Source: the human T2T-CHM13v2.0 reference genome, Homo sapiens
DNA: 64,000 bases
Assembly (NCBI RefSeq): GCF_009914755.1
Contig: NC_060941.1
Strand: one strand, 5' to 3'
Below, piece after piece: positions 12,400-25,851 of the stretch (position 1 is the stretch's first letter; each line of letters opens with the position of its first letter). The notes beneath the pieces are model-generated. The model did no database searches. It was not told where the DNA came from and was given only the letters and a program-made list of their open reading frames with translations. Both the position numbers and the translations under genes were made by a program.

Positions 12400-13300
12400 A
12401 ACCTTTCTGAAGCATGTTTTCAGAGTTTCTCTGTAGTTTCTTTAGTGGAATTCTGCTGGTGGCGTTTTGTTTCTTGTCTCTAAATAAGTTATTTAGCCAT
12501 AGGTTGATAAATATTTTTCTTGGTTGAGAATTTCAGAATGGCATTATTATTCTTAACAAATAATATTGTTTATTTTACCTTTCATTCTTTCAGATTTCAA
12601 TATGATTAAAGGTAATTTGATTTTTCTAGTGCTAATTGAAATATTTTTCCCTTCCTGATTGTTTACTATTTCTCTAGGAGATGCGTAGGTGTAGGTTTAT
12701 CTCCATTGTAGCTTGCTTAGCGTGCATGGAATTTTTGAACATGCGGATTAATGTCTTACAAAAGTCTAGAGAACTTTCAGCCAAAATACCATCACATATT
12801 GTCCCTTCCCAGTTGCCTTCTTCTATGAGAACACTCACTAAACACATGCTACACTTTCTCACTGTATCTTCCATGTCTCTTCATGATTCTGTCCACATTT
12901 TGCATTTTTTTAAATTTTCTGTAATGCATTCTGAAATATTTATGAACTCTCACCATGGCCATCTCTAATCTGATGAGTTCATTTTTGAGTTTTTAATTTA
13001 AAATATTATATTTTTATACAAACTGCTTTTCACATTTGCTACATCAATTTTTTAGTCTCCTAAAAATATATTCATTTTATTTTAAATTTTTTTACAGCAA
13101 ATGTGCTTTATAATCTAACAGTGATATTTCTACTAATGAACCGTTGTGGATCTGTTTGTACTCTTTTCTACTTTCCTTTCAAATGGTGGAATATCATTTC
13201 CTTGCGTACTTAGATGCCTTTGAATGACAAATATTTATTTTTCTCTGAAAATTATTTTTGTGGACTTTTGAGGATTAGTAAGAAGAAAATTTGCCAAAGA
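12400..13300 (-). mobile_element. Highly diverged antisense L1M remnant (edges approximate)
   Basis: T-rich sequence with antisense old-L1 motifs such as tttctttagtggaattctgctggtgg and ttacaaaagtctagagaactttcagcc. Confidence 0.45.
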
Positions 13301-16300
13301 GAATTTGAATTTTTTTGTGAGTCTACTAAAGGCACCACCATTCTGGGACCACATTATGTTAATTCTTGGCCTAAAGGTGTTTGGACGTATGTTTGGACTG
13401 CACATTTAAACAATTTTTAAATTAATTGCTGTAAATCATTAATGATTGAGTTTCTTTAAATCTGTCCAATCTCAAGTCATTTTTACTTGCCGTTTCCAGG
13501 GAGTGTGAAATGGGACTAATTTACCTCTGATTCTTCTTTATACTGAGGATAGAAATTTTGGTCCTAGCTTTAGGGAGGAGCTCCTGTGTGATGCCCTATC
13601 TTGGGAAAAACTATGTATTTCTTTACTGTCTTATGTGATGTATGACAGTAGGAATCTGCACTCATTCATTTTGGTACATGTCCGTAGGGCAAAATCAGTT
13701 TTGGTGTTTAGGTATATTTTGTCTGCTTCCTGCATTCCCATGGTTTTGACCTTATATTTTACTTTTTTGTGTGTGTGAACATACCAATGCTTCACTTTTT
13801 TCCAGTAATATAATCAACTGTATTATGAGAAAGAGAAAAATTTTGATAAAACACAAATTTCATGTTTTCCTATTCTAATTGGCTTTTATGTAAAAATACA
13901 GGTAAAATTTAGTTGTGCTTTTTTGCTATTTCTGTTTGGCTATTCTCTGTTTGTCTATGTCTTCTCCACATAGGCACAATTAGGGAATTTTGTACACTCT
14001 TGTGCCAACTGCTTTGATAGTCACAAGATGTATTTCTCGAACTCCTAGGTATAAAACTCAAGTATACACAATTTAAATTCTTTTTCCCTCACTTCTATTA
14101 TGTTTCCAGTCTCAATAGAAATCGATGCCAATCCAGAAATACAAGCATTATTCTAATACTTCTCACACATTACAGATATAGATTAAATTTTCTAGATCTC
14201 CTTAAATACTGTCATTTTTCACTACTTGTATCTTAACTGTTATATTCAACATTTTCTATAATATTAATATGTTGTGAAAATTTCCTTAGTTTCTTATTTG
14301 TCCCAGGTTCAATGTTTTGCAGTCTCTACCTCACCCTGTGAAGCATAAACATTGTACATGCTGTACAAATAACACATAGTTCATGTACTTAGAGATTGCA
14401 CAATTTTTATTTGGTTGACAATAGTTAATGTTTTCTTCTTCATTTTCTACTTCCTGATTTTTCTTTATTTAGTATATACTACATTATCATAAAAATAAGA
14501 ACGTTTTACAAACTAAAGCTAAAGCAAACCTAGGAATAAAATGCAAAATAAAGATATGTAAACATACAGTTAGATATACCATGTACCCTTCTAATTTATT
14601 TAGACATGTAATTTTAGTACAATTTTAATTAAAGTCTGTGTATTATCTGTCATCGTCTTAGTATTTTTTATATAACAAATTTTGTAAATCAAAAAGTCTC
14701 AATGTCGTTATAAACTATCTTGGCAGAGGTTGATCTCCAAGGAATAATTTCTCTCCCAAATTATGTCAATCAGAATTTCACTCTACCATAATTCTTTTAG
14801 TCAGTTTCAGAGGAATAATAAATTTCAAAATTGTTCAAGGTACTTGTTGTAGTTCAAGTACATTTTGACAGGTGTAAAACTGTAGACAGACTGATACACA
14901 CATATTCTAATTGACTCAAAAGTATATGGGACCTACTTTAAAATCTAGATTTTAAAATGTCGTGTCAACATACACATGTTCTCCTTGTGAAATAATTGCT
15001 TTTTATTCTCTGGATAGAATAATTTAATCTTTAAACCTTCAATTCACTGTTAAAAACAAAATATTACATAAGGATATGCTTATAAAAGTAATTCACAACT
15101 AGCTTTTCAATTCAGAAATATATGTGAAAAATCATCAAGCATCTAATGGATTTCAAGGAGAAATGGGTTAGTAATTTATTCCATATGTCTCAATTTTTCC
15201 TAGACTCAAGGCTTCCTTTAAAATAATTGTAGGCGTTTAAGAAACCATGTAAACTAAAAAGAAGAAATTGTGACACTGCCGCTTAGGTTTTTTAAATCTT
15301 TGGACATGAATCAATATATTTTTATATTTTATCTTAATTAGACATGGTGAGTTCACAATCTTCCTGTCAGTATGGCATCCAAGCTGATTATCATAGATTA
15401 CAAGTTCAACTATCAACTGTGTTCTGAGAGTCTAAAAAAATAAATGAATGTATTTGTTTGGGTATTCTTACAGCAGGAGTGAGGACACAGTGAAAGTGAG
15501 ACAAGGAAGAGAGAACAAAATAAAACAGGAAAGATAGAAAAGCCAATACCACACGTGTTAAGAGGCAAGTTCCTGTGTTAGATATCTGGGCTTAATTCTA
15601 TGGGAAGCTATGTGGAACATGCCTCACAATTGCATCACTGAATCCAGGGAGATTCTTCTTAGTTACCCTCACCTTTTCTTCCCACTTCATGCCCAATATC
15701 AAGCTCCCGTGCTGCTAGAGAAAGTCCTCAGCTAGAAACAGGTGCAAATTCTGGAGATGAGACCTTGTAGAGTGTTAAGAATGGTTTTCTTCCCAGCAGC
15801 TACAGGTAAGGAATAGGGGCTGGGCTATTAATACATCTGCTACAAATCAATAAAGCCCTTATGCTCCTTTTGGTGGTCGACAATGTATTTAAAAATATTA
15901 GATGATCAAGAAGGGCTGCAGAAAGGAGGAAACAGAAACAAACAGCACACCTCTTGGTTTATTTTTATTCATTTCATCAGTTTCAAGGAAAATGTGTTGG
16001 GAGTTCCTGGCATAGAGAATGTCACAAAGACATGTTTTCAATAGTGGTGCTATCCCTAGGGCACAGAAGACCCAGAGAAAGCCCAAGTGGCTGCTGGAAC
16101 CAAGTCAGACACCTTGCCACCTGTCCACACTCCTTGGCTCTGCCATCATGCTGAAGATCGGTTTAAAGGACTGGCTTCCCTCCCCGCAAAATTAAAAGAG
16201 CACAGACTGAGAAGCTGAATGTAGGAGACAGCAGTGGATTATGCTGTTCTCGGGGGTCACCTCAGGTTTAGAAGCATTCTTTCAAATTAACCCATCTCAG

Positions 16301-18615
16301 GCCATCTGCAGAGAAGAAAGGTGGTACCCAACTTTTTTTCTTGTCAGCATTTGGTAGGGGTGTTTTATTGACCAAATATGTTCCCACAACCTAGTTTTTT
16401 GTAACTAACTAAATATAGCAGATTTTTAAATTTTATCAACAAAATCTATAGACAATTTTTGATTAAAATAGACTCCACATCTATGTCCTGCTTTTCTTCT
16501 TATTATTAATTACATTGCTGTATCAAAGAACAAGACTTCAGAATCAAGAATATCTTGTCTTTGCATTGAATTTATACAAGGTGCTCTTTCTTTAATGCTG
16601 TCTCAAAGGATATATTTTTACTCATTAAAAAGGAAGATTAGAATCTTGTTGTATGTACTGCTCCAACATATTAATAATTAAAATTAGGAGGTAAATGTGG
16701 TCAAAGCTAGAGAAAGACTTGAGATGTCATTTATATTGATTACTGTGTAGCGCTCTACAAACAGAAATTTTTAAATATTAGTTTATGTAAATATTTTGTA
16801 GCATTTCAAATATTTGAGTGCCTGAAGTTTCTACTCTTACATAGTTCAGATTATCAATTTGAAGACTTACTCCGCTAGTTAAAATGTTTTTAGTCTCGTT
16901 TGAGTGTTATATAAAAGCAATTTTCAGTTAAATGTGTTCTGCTTACATAAAACATTACAAATTATTGAGTATTTAATTACATTTTCATGTTCCTGTAATG
17001 TCTTTAGAAGATTTTCATATTATTACCTATCAATATATGTATGCTTTGTCAAAGAAAAATCAAACATATATATCATTGAAATTGAAACTTTTTAAAAGTA
17101 CTTATTAATTCTATTGAAAAACCACATCCATAGGAACAATTACAATATAATATTGTGAACATGTAAATATATATCCTATGTCTATTTTATATATAAGCAT
17201 ATATGATTAAAAATATAGTTAAGAATTTTTAAACCTAGTATTATAAAGTAAAAATTAGTTAAACTTCTAATGATTATATGTTAATTAAGATAAAATTATT
17301 TTGATTTGGGTGATTTTAAATAGAGAAAAATATTAAATTACATGACAAAAATTCTTTATAAAATGTTTAAGATTTTTACGTTGGTTTTATCACTTTATTC
17401 CACTATTTTATTTTAAGATGACCTGCCTTGTTTAAAACACTGTATTCATCTTAATTAAATTAAATTCCACTTGTAAAAAAATTAACAAATGATTTGCTCT
17501 ATTATACAGTGCGGTTATAAACTGAGTCAGTATCTCAAGATTTGATCCCCATTATCGTCATCTGTGGCCCTATTTGTTTTATAAATGTATTGTCTTTTTC
17601 CATGCCTGTCACATCTCTATTGCTCATTCATTTTTCTCTTTGTCCCTTATAGGGAGCATTGCCTATCTCTAGATTAAGCAAAAGTTGCATCTTAAAAAAG
17701 CACAATAACCTGCTCAACCTTTCTCACACAGAGAAATGTTTGTTAAGTAATTAAAGTGTAGATGATGATACAAAGAGCTTGATTAAATTAGATGCCAAAG
17801 CACCCTTGTGATTCAGAATATGAATGGTATTTAATTTCTTTGAAATCAATAATTGCTGAGTGACATTAATTAATGCCAATATTTCAGAAGTTGTTCTAGT
17901 TAGTGAAATGTATACAACGTGCAAAAGATTCAGAACTCTGAAGGGCAACATTATTCTATAATTAAGAATTAAGTATTAATTCACATTAGTTATTGGGGAG
18001 AAATAATTAAGAATTAATGACTGAGAAAATGTTTTCATTTTTTATTTAGAGTACTATTTTGTGCATGAGCATTACTGCAAGTTTTGCAAGAAAAATAAAT
18101 TTAAAGAAACAATTATGTGCACAAGATGAATTTAATGACATCTTGATATTTTCCACGATTAGAGTTTTATTTGGTAAATGTTTAAATGCACATCAACTAA
18201 AGAGAATAAATGAATCTTGGAAATCTTGTAGGTAAGGGTAAATATTAGGATGCATCCAATTACATTTACACACACATACAATTACATTTACACCCATACA
18301 TGCACACACACTCACTGATACACATGTGTGCATATATATACATGAATTTACTAATTGATTTTAACTAATATTTATAAGAACCAGTAGGATTGATATATAT
18401 TGTTGAACCTGAAAAATATTTATTATATACATGTTTAAAATACACAAACAAATAGTAATTGCACTAGGCATTTGAAATTGTACTAAAATATAAGCTGTGA
18501 ACATTTTTTGATCATTACAAATTCTTACACTGAATAAATATTTTTATTTTTATAATATTAATATGTTTGATACATGTGTACATTTTTTACAATGTATTAT
18601 TTTATTTTTGTCATA

Positions 18616-18955
18616 GAGTCATGTCATGCATAATAACATTTCAGTCAAAGATGGATTACATATACAAAAGTGGTCCCAGGAGATTATAATACATATTTTT
18701 ACATACTTTTCTATGTTTAAGTATGTTTAGATACATAAACTCTTATCACTGTGTTCTTATTGCCTGCAGTATTCAGTACAGTAATGTAGTACACAGGTTT
18801 GTAGCCTAGGAGAGAGGCTATACCATATAACCTAGACGTGGTAGGCTGTACAATCTAGGTGTTTGTAATATTCTCTGTGATGTTTGCAAAATGATGAAAT
18901 TGCCTATGGATGCATCTGTTAGAACGTATCCCTGTCATTCAGTGATGTGTGACTG
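18616..18955 (+). mobile_element. Tigger3a (MER7A/Golem)-like DNA transposon
   Basis: Termini gagtcatg...tgtgactg, TA-flanked; internal gtggtcccaggagattataatac and acaggtttgtagcctagga. Confidence 0.85.
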
Positions 18956-19499
18956 TACTAAAATGCTCAATCTAAGTTTCAGTGCCCTCCATAAAATTGT
19001 TGTACTGTGAAATACAAATCTCTCACCCATGGCCTGAATATGTTTGCAAACTAAGCAGATCATGGGAAGGAGAATGTGCTGGCATCGCTGGGATGATTTT
19101 CTCACACTACATGAATAATATCTCCAGACGTCGCGAATATGAGCCACTTGCAGAGTTAAAGTAGGCATCTCTTTGCTGGGAAATTTATCAAATGGGAGTA
19201 TGAAGTGTTTTTAAAAGATACTTGTTTGTAGCCGGTAGGCCTACAGTGGCTCATGGCAATGGTTGAGGTTGCTAAGATTTGGTGGAAGGAGGCAAAATGA
19301 AATGGCCACTTATATGGTATGTGGATCACTTGTTTCTGTTGAGTTACAGATTCAGCTGGCTATTTCTCCCAATGTTAGTTATTTGGAGAAAAGAAACATG
19401 ATGGTAATTTTTGGGTAACAAATACAATATTTGATGAAAGCAAATTTATTGAGGGTTAGACAAACTACAAGATACTTTAGGCTGCAAAGTCAACATGAG

Positions 19500-19855
19500 A
19501 CTTCTGGCCCAAATTGTGCAGAGTTTGGGTCCAGCTGCAAAGATCAAAGGAAGAGGCCATATAAGATGATTTTCACTTTTGACACCAACTGGCAGTTCAG
19601 GGGTTTCCCCAGAACACCCTCAGTTTCAAGAATTTACTAGAAAGACTCACAGAACTCATTGAATGCCATTGTACTCATGGTTTATAATAGAGAAAGGGTG
19701 GAAATTAGGACTAATCAAAGGAAGAGACATATCATATAAGGTGGAATCTAGGAGGATTTTGAATGTTAAGTTTCCATTGTCTTCAGGACATATTACCTGC
19801 CATTGTTGTACAGCAAAAAACATGGAGTACTACCAACCTGGGGAGCTCACCTGAT
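19500..19855 (-). mobile_element. MER21/MER77-like ERV LTR fragment
   Basis: gacaccaact...accctcagtttcaagaatttactagaaagactcacagaactca...tactcatggttt is typical of this family. Confidence 0.55.
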
Positions 19856-19859
19856 GCTA

Positions 19860-22280
19860 AAAAGACACTATTTAGAAAATGAAAAGACAAATGAAAGGAT
19901 GAGATAAGATGACCTTCCACATTAAGGCACTGGAAAGAATAGCAAACTAAACCTAAAGCAAGCAGAAGGAAGAAAATAAAAATTAGAGAAATTAATAATT
20001 TATAATATTAATAATATTTGTTAGTATTGAATAATTGATATTAATTCTTGACTAGCTTTTTTAAAAAAGAGAAATATTCACTTCCCAATTTATTCTGTGG
20101 GGCCAGTGTTACCTTGATACAAAAATTAGTCCAAACAGCATAGAAAAATAAAACTACAAGAAGTATAAATGCAGAATTCCTTAAAAATGCTAACAAATCA
20201 AATCTAGCAACATATAAAAGAATTATACACTATGACAAAGTGAAATTTATACTAGTACTCCCAGGTTGGTTTAACAGCCCAAAATCCATTAAGGTAATAC
20301 ATCTTATCCATAGAATAAGAAACGAGAATTGCATGATCATCTCGATAGATTCAGAAAAGACATTTAACAAAATCCAAATGCTTTAATGATTACAAATAAA
20401 AATAAAAACTCAATGAACCAGGAATAGAGAACTTTCTACACCAGATACATGGCACCTGTGAAAAGCCAACAGCAAACATGCAACTTAATGGTAAAAGAAA
20501 GGATACTTTCCCGCTATGGCCAGAGATAAGAATAGGATATATACTTTGACCTCTTCTAGTCAACACTGTACTAAAGATTTTATGCAGGGCAAATCGGCAA
20601 GTAAAGAAATAAGAGTCACCCATATTGAACAGGAAGAAATAAAAGTTTATTTGCAAATAACATTCTTGTATATGGAAAATTTTAAGGAATCCACTGAATG
20701 GTAGAACTGGTAAATTATTTCAGCAATATTACAGCATACAAGATAAATATACAAAAATCAGTTGCACACATCTACAATGAAAACCCCAAAATGAAATTAA
20801 GAAAACACTTCAATTTACAATAGCATCAAAAAAAGAAATAATAATTAATTTGGAAAATGTGATACAAGATTTTACTCTGAAAATTAAAAATTATTGTTTA
20901 AAGAAGATCTAAATAATTAGCAAACATCTTATAGCCATGAATTGGAAGATTTAATATTGTAGTACTTCACAATTTGAACTACAGATGTGATGAAATCCCT
21001 GCAAGTATCCCAACAGACTTCTGTCTAGAAACTGACAAGCTGATCCTAAAATACACATGGAATTGTAAGGGACTCAAAATAGCCAAAATAATCTTAAAAA
21101 AAGAAAACATATTAGGATAATTCACACCCACGTGCTCCAAACCTTACTGCAAAGCATCAGTAATCAAGACAACACAATACTGATGAAGGAAAAATATATA
21201 GATTGATGGAAGAGAATTGAGAGTCCACATATAAAACTATGTATCTAGAGTCAATGGATTCTTACAGTGGTGCCATGTGCAATCCAATGAGGAAGAGACA
21301 GTCTTTGAACAAACTGGGTCAACAACGTACACGTGGATCACCACTTGCAAAATAATAAATTCGAACACTTACCCCAAAGCATACAAAAATAGTAACTCAA
21401 AGGAATTAAAGACATACATGCAAGAGCTAGAATAAAGCATATGGGAAAATCTTCAGGATTTTGGATCTAGCAAAGAAATAGCTGTAACACCAAAAACATG
21501 AGCAACAAAATAAAAATTAGATATTTAAAATTTCTTAAAAATTAAAGACATTGGTGTTTCAAAGGACAACCAAGCAAGTCAAAAGGCAGCTCAAAAATTG
21601 TGAGAAAATATTTGAAAAACACATATCTATATGTCTGTATATATACGTATCTTGAATATAGAAAACCTGTTTTAACTCAGTAACAAATATCCCAACTCAA
21701 AACTGATAAATGATGGGAATAGATGTATTTCCCAAGAAGATACACGAACGGTCAATAATCTCATAAAAAGATACTCAATAGCATCACTCATCAGGCAACT
21801 ACAAATCAAAACCACAGTTAGATACTCTATGGCTACAACTGGCCACTTTGGAAAATAGTTTGATGGCTTCTAAATATATTACATATAGAATTGTCATATG
21901 ACCCAGAAATTTATTCCTAGGTATACACCCAGATTATTGGAAAGAGGTGTTAAACACAAATTGTACACAAGTACTTTTAGCAGCAGTATTTAAAATAGCC
22001 AAAGGCTGAACACAACTCAAATGTCAATAAAAATATTATTGGGTAAACAAAATGTTATATCCATGAAATTGAATATTATACAGTTATAAAAAGAAATAAA
22101 GTACCAATACGTACATGAAACTTGATAGCATTATGCCAACTGAAAGAAGCCAGGCACAAAAGGCCACCTATTGTATGATTCTATTTAGATTGAAAATAGA
22201 ATAGGAAAATCTATAGAGACAGAAAACAGATTTGTGGTTGCTTAGGATTGAGTAGGGGATGGGTGCATAGGAGGTTAACA
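19860..22280 (+). mobile_element. Old L1M (ORF2 relic plus partial 3'UTR), cut at the KCNJ12 junction
   Basis: A-rich with L1 ORF2 motifs (gattcagaaaagacatttaacaaaatccaa, caatttacaatagcatcaaaa, gaaactgacaagctgatcctaaaat) and a 3'UTR (gaaagaagccaggcacaaaaggccacctattgtatgattc). It ends without a poly(A). Confidence 0.85.
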
Positions 22281-22870
22281 GCCTGGACCGCATCTTTCTG
22301 GTGTCGCCCATCACCATCCTGCACGAGATTGACGAGGCCAGCCCGCTCTTCGGCATCAGCAGGCAGGACCTGGAGACGGACGACTTTGAGATCGTGGTCA
22401 TCCTGGAAGGCATGGTGGAGGCCACAGCCATGACCACCCAGGCCCGCAGCTCCTATCTGGCCAATGAGATCCTGTGGGGTCACCGCTTTGAGCCCGTGCT
22501 CTTTGAGGAGAAGAACCTGTACAAGATCGACTACTCGCACTTCCACAAGACCTATGAGGTGCCCTCTACGCCCCGCTGCAGCGCGAAGGATCTGGTGGAG
22601 AACAAGTGCCTGCTGCCCAGCGCAACTCCTTCTGCTACGAGAACGAGCTGGCCTTCCTGAGCCGTGACGAGGAGGATTAGGCGGACGGAGACCACGACGG
22701 CCGAAGCCGGGACGGCCTCAGCCCCCAGGCCAGGCATGACTTAGACTCCAGGCTGGCGACGGGGCCCTGGAGCAGCGGCCCTACAGACGGGAGTCAGAGA
22801 TCTGAGCCAACCTTGGCCGACATGCAGCATCCACCCCCAGCCGGGGAGAGGCTCCGCGGTCGCTCAGGGG
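22281..22870 (+). pseudogene. KCNJ12: KCNJ12/KCNJ18-like (Kir2.2/2.6) C-terminal fragment, about codons 259-433, plus ~65 bp of 3'UTR
   Basis: Translates [78 protein letters not shown]...RPYRRESEI* with the native stop at 22803-22805. Lesions: 1-bp deletion ~22623, GAG>TAG at 22678-22680, ~4-bp deletion ~22742. The N-terminus, transmembrane helices and pore are absent. Confidence 0.96.
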
Positions 22871-23699
22871 CATGACCCTATGCCAGTCCTGGAGCCACCC
22901 AGAGAGGACATCTGAGGACTCTGAAGACCTTGGCTGCACTAACTTCTCTGTGCCTGTTCTCTCCTCTGTAAAATGGGGCTGATGATCATAAAGCCACAGG
23001 TAAGAAGTAGGCAACCGCCTATTGCAGCACGTGGCACATGGGCACTGCCTGAGCACCAGCTTTCCTCTCTTGCTGCCGTGATCTAGGGGTACAGGCATCC
23101 CAGGTGGGGCAACACTGGACTGGTGCTGTGGCTGGAGGAGAAAGGGAAGGCCAGTGGGGCTGGGCCAGTTAGAGCCAGGGAGGAGGAATAGGCTGGGGCT
23201 GCAGCTGGGATCTGCTGACTCCAAGTGTGATGGGAGCAAGGAAGACCCCTGACATGTTTGATTTTTCAGGATCATTCCTGTTGCCATGTAGGAAGCAGGC
23301 CAGGGAGGAGGGCCCTGGGACTAGGGTAGGAGGCTGACTGTGCAGCCCAAGAAGGAGCCCGAGGAAACATCGTGGCATCCAGGCTGGTCTGTGGACTTGG
23401 GTGGGAGCAGCCAGGCAGATGGGGAGGACTAGGGAGGAGAAGCTTGCGGAGAGTGATGGCCTCTCTGGATGCTTTAAAATGCAAACAAAGGCACAGCCAC
23501 TTTGGAGGTTGGTTAGCAGGATCTAAGCCAACTGGGGCCAAAACATGGTGGCATCTGTCTCCACTCACTCCACTCCACTCAAGCCCTCCAGGCCATTCCC
23601 ATGGCACTGACTGATAGGCATGAGGCCCTGGCCCCAGTTGGCGCTCAACAAATGCTTTATTCTTGATAAAGTTAAACATACACTTGTCAGACGATCCCA

Positions 23700-24200
23700 C
23701 CTTTTGTCAACTAGGTACTACTCAAGAGAAATGAGACTCATGTTCACACAAAAACTTGTAAGTGGATGTTTATAGCAGTGTTACTAGTAATCACCCAAAC
23801 AAGGAAGTGGCCCACATGTGCCTCACCTGGTGAGGGGACAAGCAAGCCGTGGCCCACCCCGAGATGGAAGCATCCCAAGCAGGGAGAAGGGAGGTTATTG
23901 ACACCTGGCACCACAAACGTGTCCCAAAGGAAGCGGCTGAGCAGAAGGAGCCAGGCCCCACCACTTCCTGCTGTGGGTCCCACACGTGTCCATGGAAGCT
24001 GTGAATGGGGTAGGGGATGGAGAACACATCCTTAGCTGCCAGGGGCTGATGGTGGAGGTGTGGTTACCACGAGGGACAGGAGGCAGTTTTGGGGCTTTGT
24101 GTCTTGATCATGGCTACACGGATATGTGCACTTTGTCAAAACTCACAGGAGGGTGCACAGCAAAGGATGAGTATAGGTACATTACACCTTAAATTTTTTT
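23700..24200 (+). mobile_element. Old L1M 3'-end remnant
   Basis: ctaggtactactcaagagaaatgagactcatgttcacacaaaaacttgt...gtttatagcagtg...tttgtcaaaactcaca. Confidence 0.7.
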
Positions 24201-25743
24201 TAAGTGGGGAAAGAAAAAGAAGTTGCCACAAAAGCCTTGTATGTTGAGCCACCAGCCTGTGTGGATTTCAGAACATTGGAGGAGAGGTCGGGTCTGTAGG
24301 TTGAGACTGGGTAGTCACCAGCTGTGGATGGAGTCAAGTGACTGAGAGATTAAAGACACCAGACATCTAGACACCGAGGATGTGGCAAGGCGAGGTTGGG
24401 AGAGGGCATGGAGGTGGAAGGCATTGGGACTGACAGAGGCAAATTGGCAGGAAGATTGACACACAGATAAAAAGAGATGGTTGGATGAGCAGAAAGTCAG
24501 GCAGAGAGACAGACGTGGACTAACAGACAGGCAGAAAGTGGAAACAGAGACAAATATCCACTAACCAAGCAACACATAGACAGAAAGATGCTGTAAAGAT
24601 AGAAAGTTGTGTAAGTGGATGGTTGGAGCTAAGGGTAGCTCTCAGGTGGACACAGACAGAAATGCAGACAGATGTCTTGGCTTATGAGTGCATGAACAGC
24701 CTGCCCTGATTTTCTGGGGCATTCTGCTAGATCTTGGATCTATGGTGTTGGCATTGACTTACGTCCTCTTTGGAGTCAGAGATGACTCCTCTCGCTCAGT
24801 GCCCTGCACCACACTTCCCTTCAGCTGGGCCGGCCACTGCTGCACAAGTGGCTGCAGAAATCCCTCCTGGCAGGGACTAAGGAAGGCAGCCTGGGCTGCT
24901 GTGCACCCCAGGCCATTTTCTGAGTTGGGAAAAGGTTGCTGTCCAGGTGGTGTGGTCCGTGTAAAGGCAGTAAAGGGTTTCAAGAGGCCTGTCAGTGCAT
25001 ATCATCTGGAGTAGGGTGTGTGCTGGGGAGCAGGGAGGAGGAGGAGAGAGAAAGCAGGAAACTTTGAGCTTGCCTGAGGAAGACCATCCGCATGGATTGT
25101 GAAGGATGGCTCATATTGACTGTATTTTCATTCAAATGTGCAAAACTATTTACTGAATTTTTTTTACTGACTGAAAATAACTCCTGACTTACAGAATATT
25201 TTCATTTCCAAGTTACACTTTACCCTGAGTTACATAGCAGGGGCATCCGTAGTGATTCTGCACCCCACACCCTCACCAGCCCCTGGAAGACACTGGCTGG
25301 CCCTTGGCTGAAATGACCCAAATCAAAAGCCCTTGCCTTTTTGCTAATGGGCGTTGGGGAGATTGACCAGCAAAGAGCTATGGACAAGAAGCAGGACTGT
25401 ACATATAAAAAGGACAAAAATCAGAGCCCAGTCCCAGGCCTGGGCAGCTCCCGTCAGCGTCCCATCCCCCTTGCTCTGAACCAGCTGTGGCCCACACTTT
25501 TTCCCATGGTCATGCCTGGGAAATGAAGGTGCGGGGACATGCAGGCGAGCTGGGGCGTGGAGTCACATCTGTTTCCAGAACATTCATGCTAAGGGAGGAA
25601 CAGGGTCCGCATTGGAGAACATGGGGCGGGTGGCTGGAAAAAGGGAAGCTAGAGCCACTTTTATTGTTTCCTGGGGTAACAGAAAACTTGGAGCCGCAAG
25701 TGAGTCCTGGGAGAGTTTGGGTTAACTGGCCCCGAAGCCATCC

Positions 25744-25756
25744 TGTGTGTGTGTGT

Positions 25757-25807
<51 letters not shown>

Positions 25808-25851
25808 TTCCACTATGTGTTTTTCCCTGTGTGGCCTCTGTGTGTGTGTGT
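25744..25851. repeat. (TG)n microsatellite, interrupted
   Basis: Long TG run at 25744-25807 and a short one at 25838-25851. Confidence 0.92.

Noticed and set aside
22301-22660. Functional potassium-channel gene
   Set aside because: No N-terminus, transmembrane helices or GYG pore; GTG pseudo-start; frameshifts and a premature stop.
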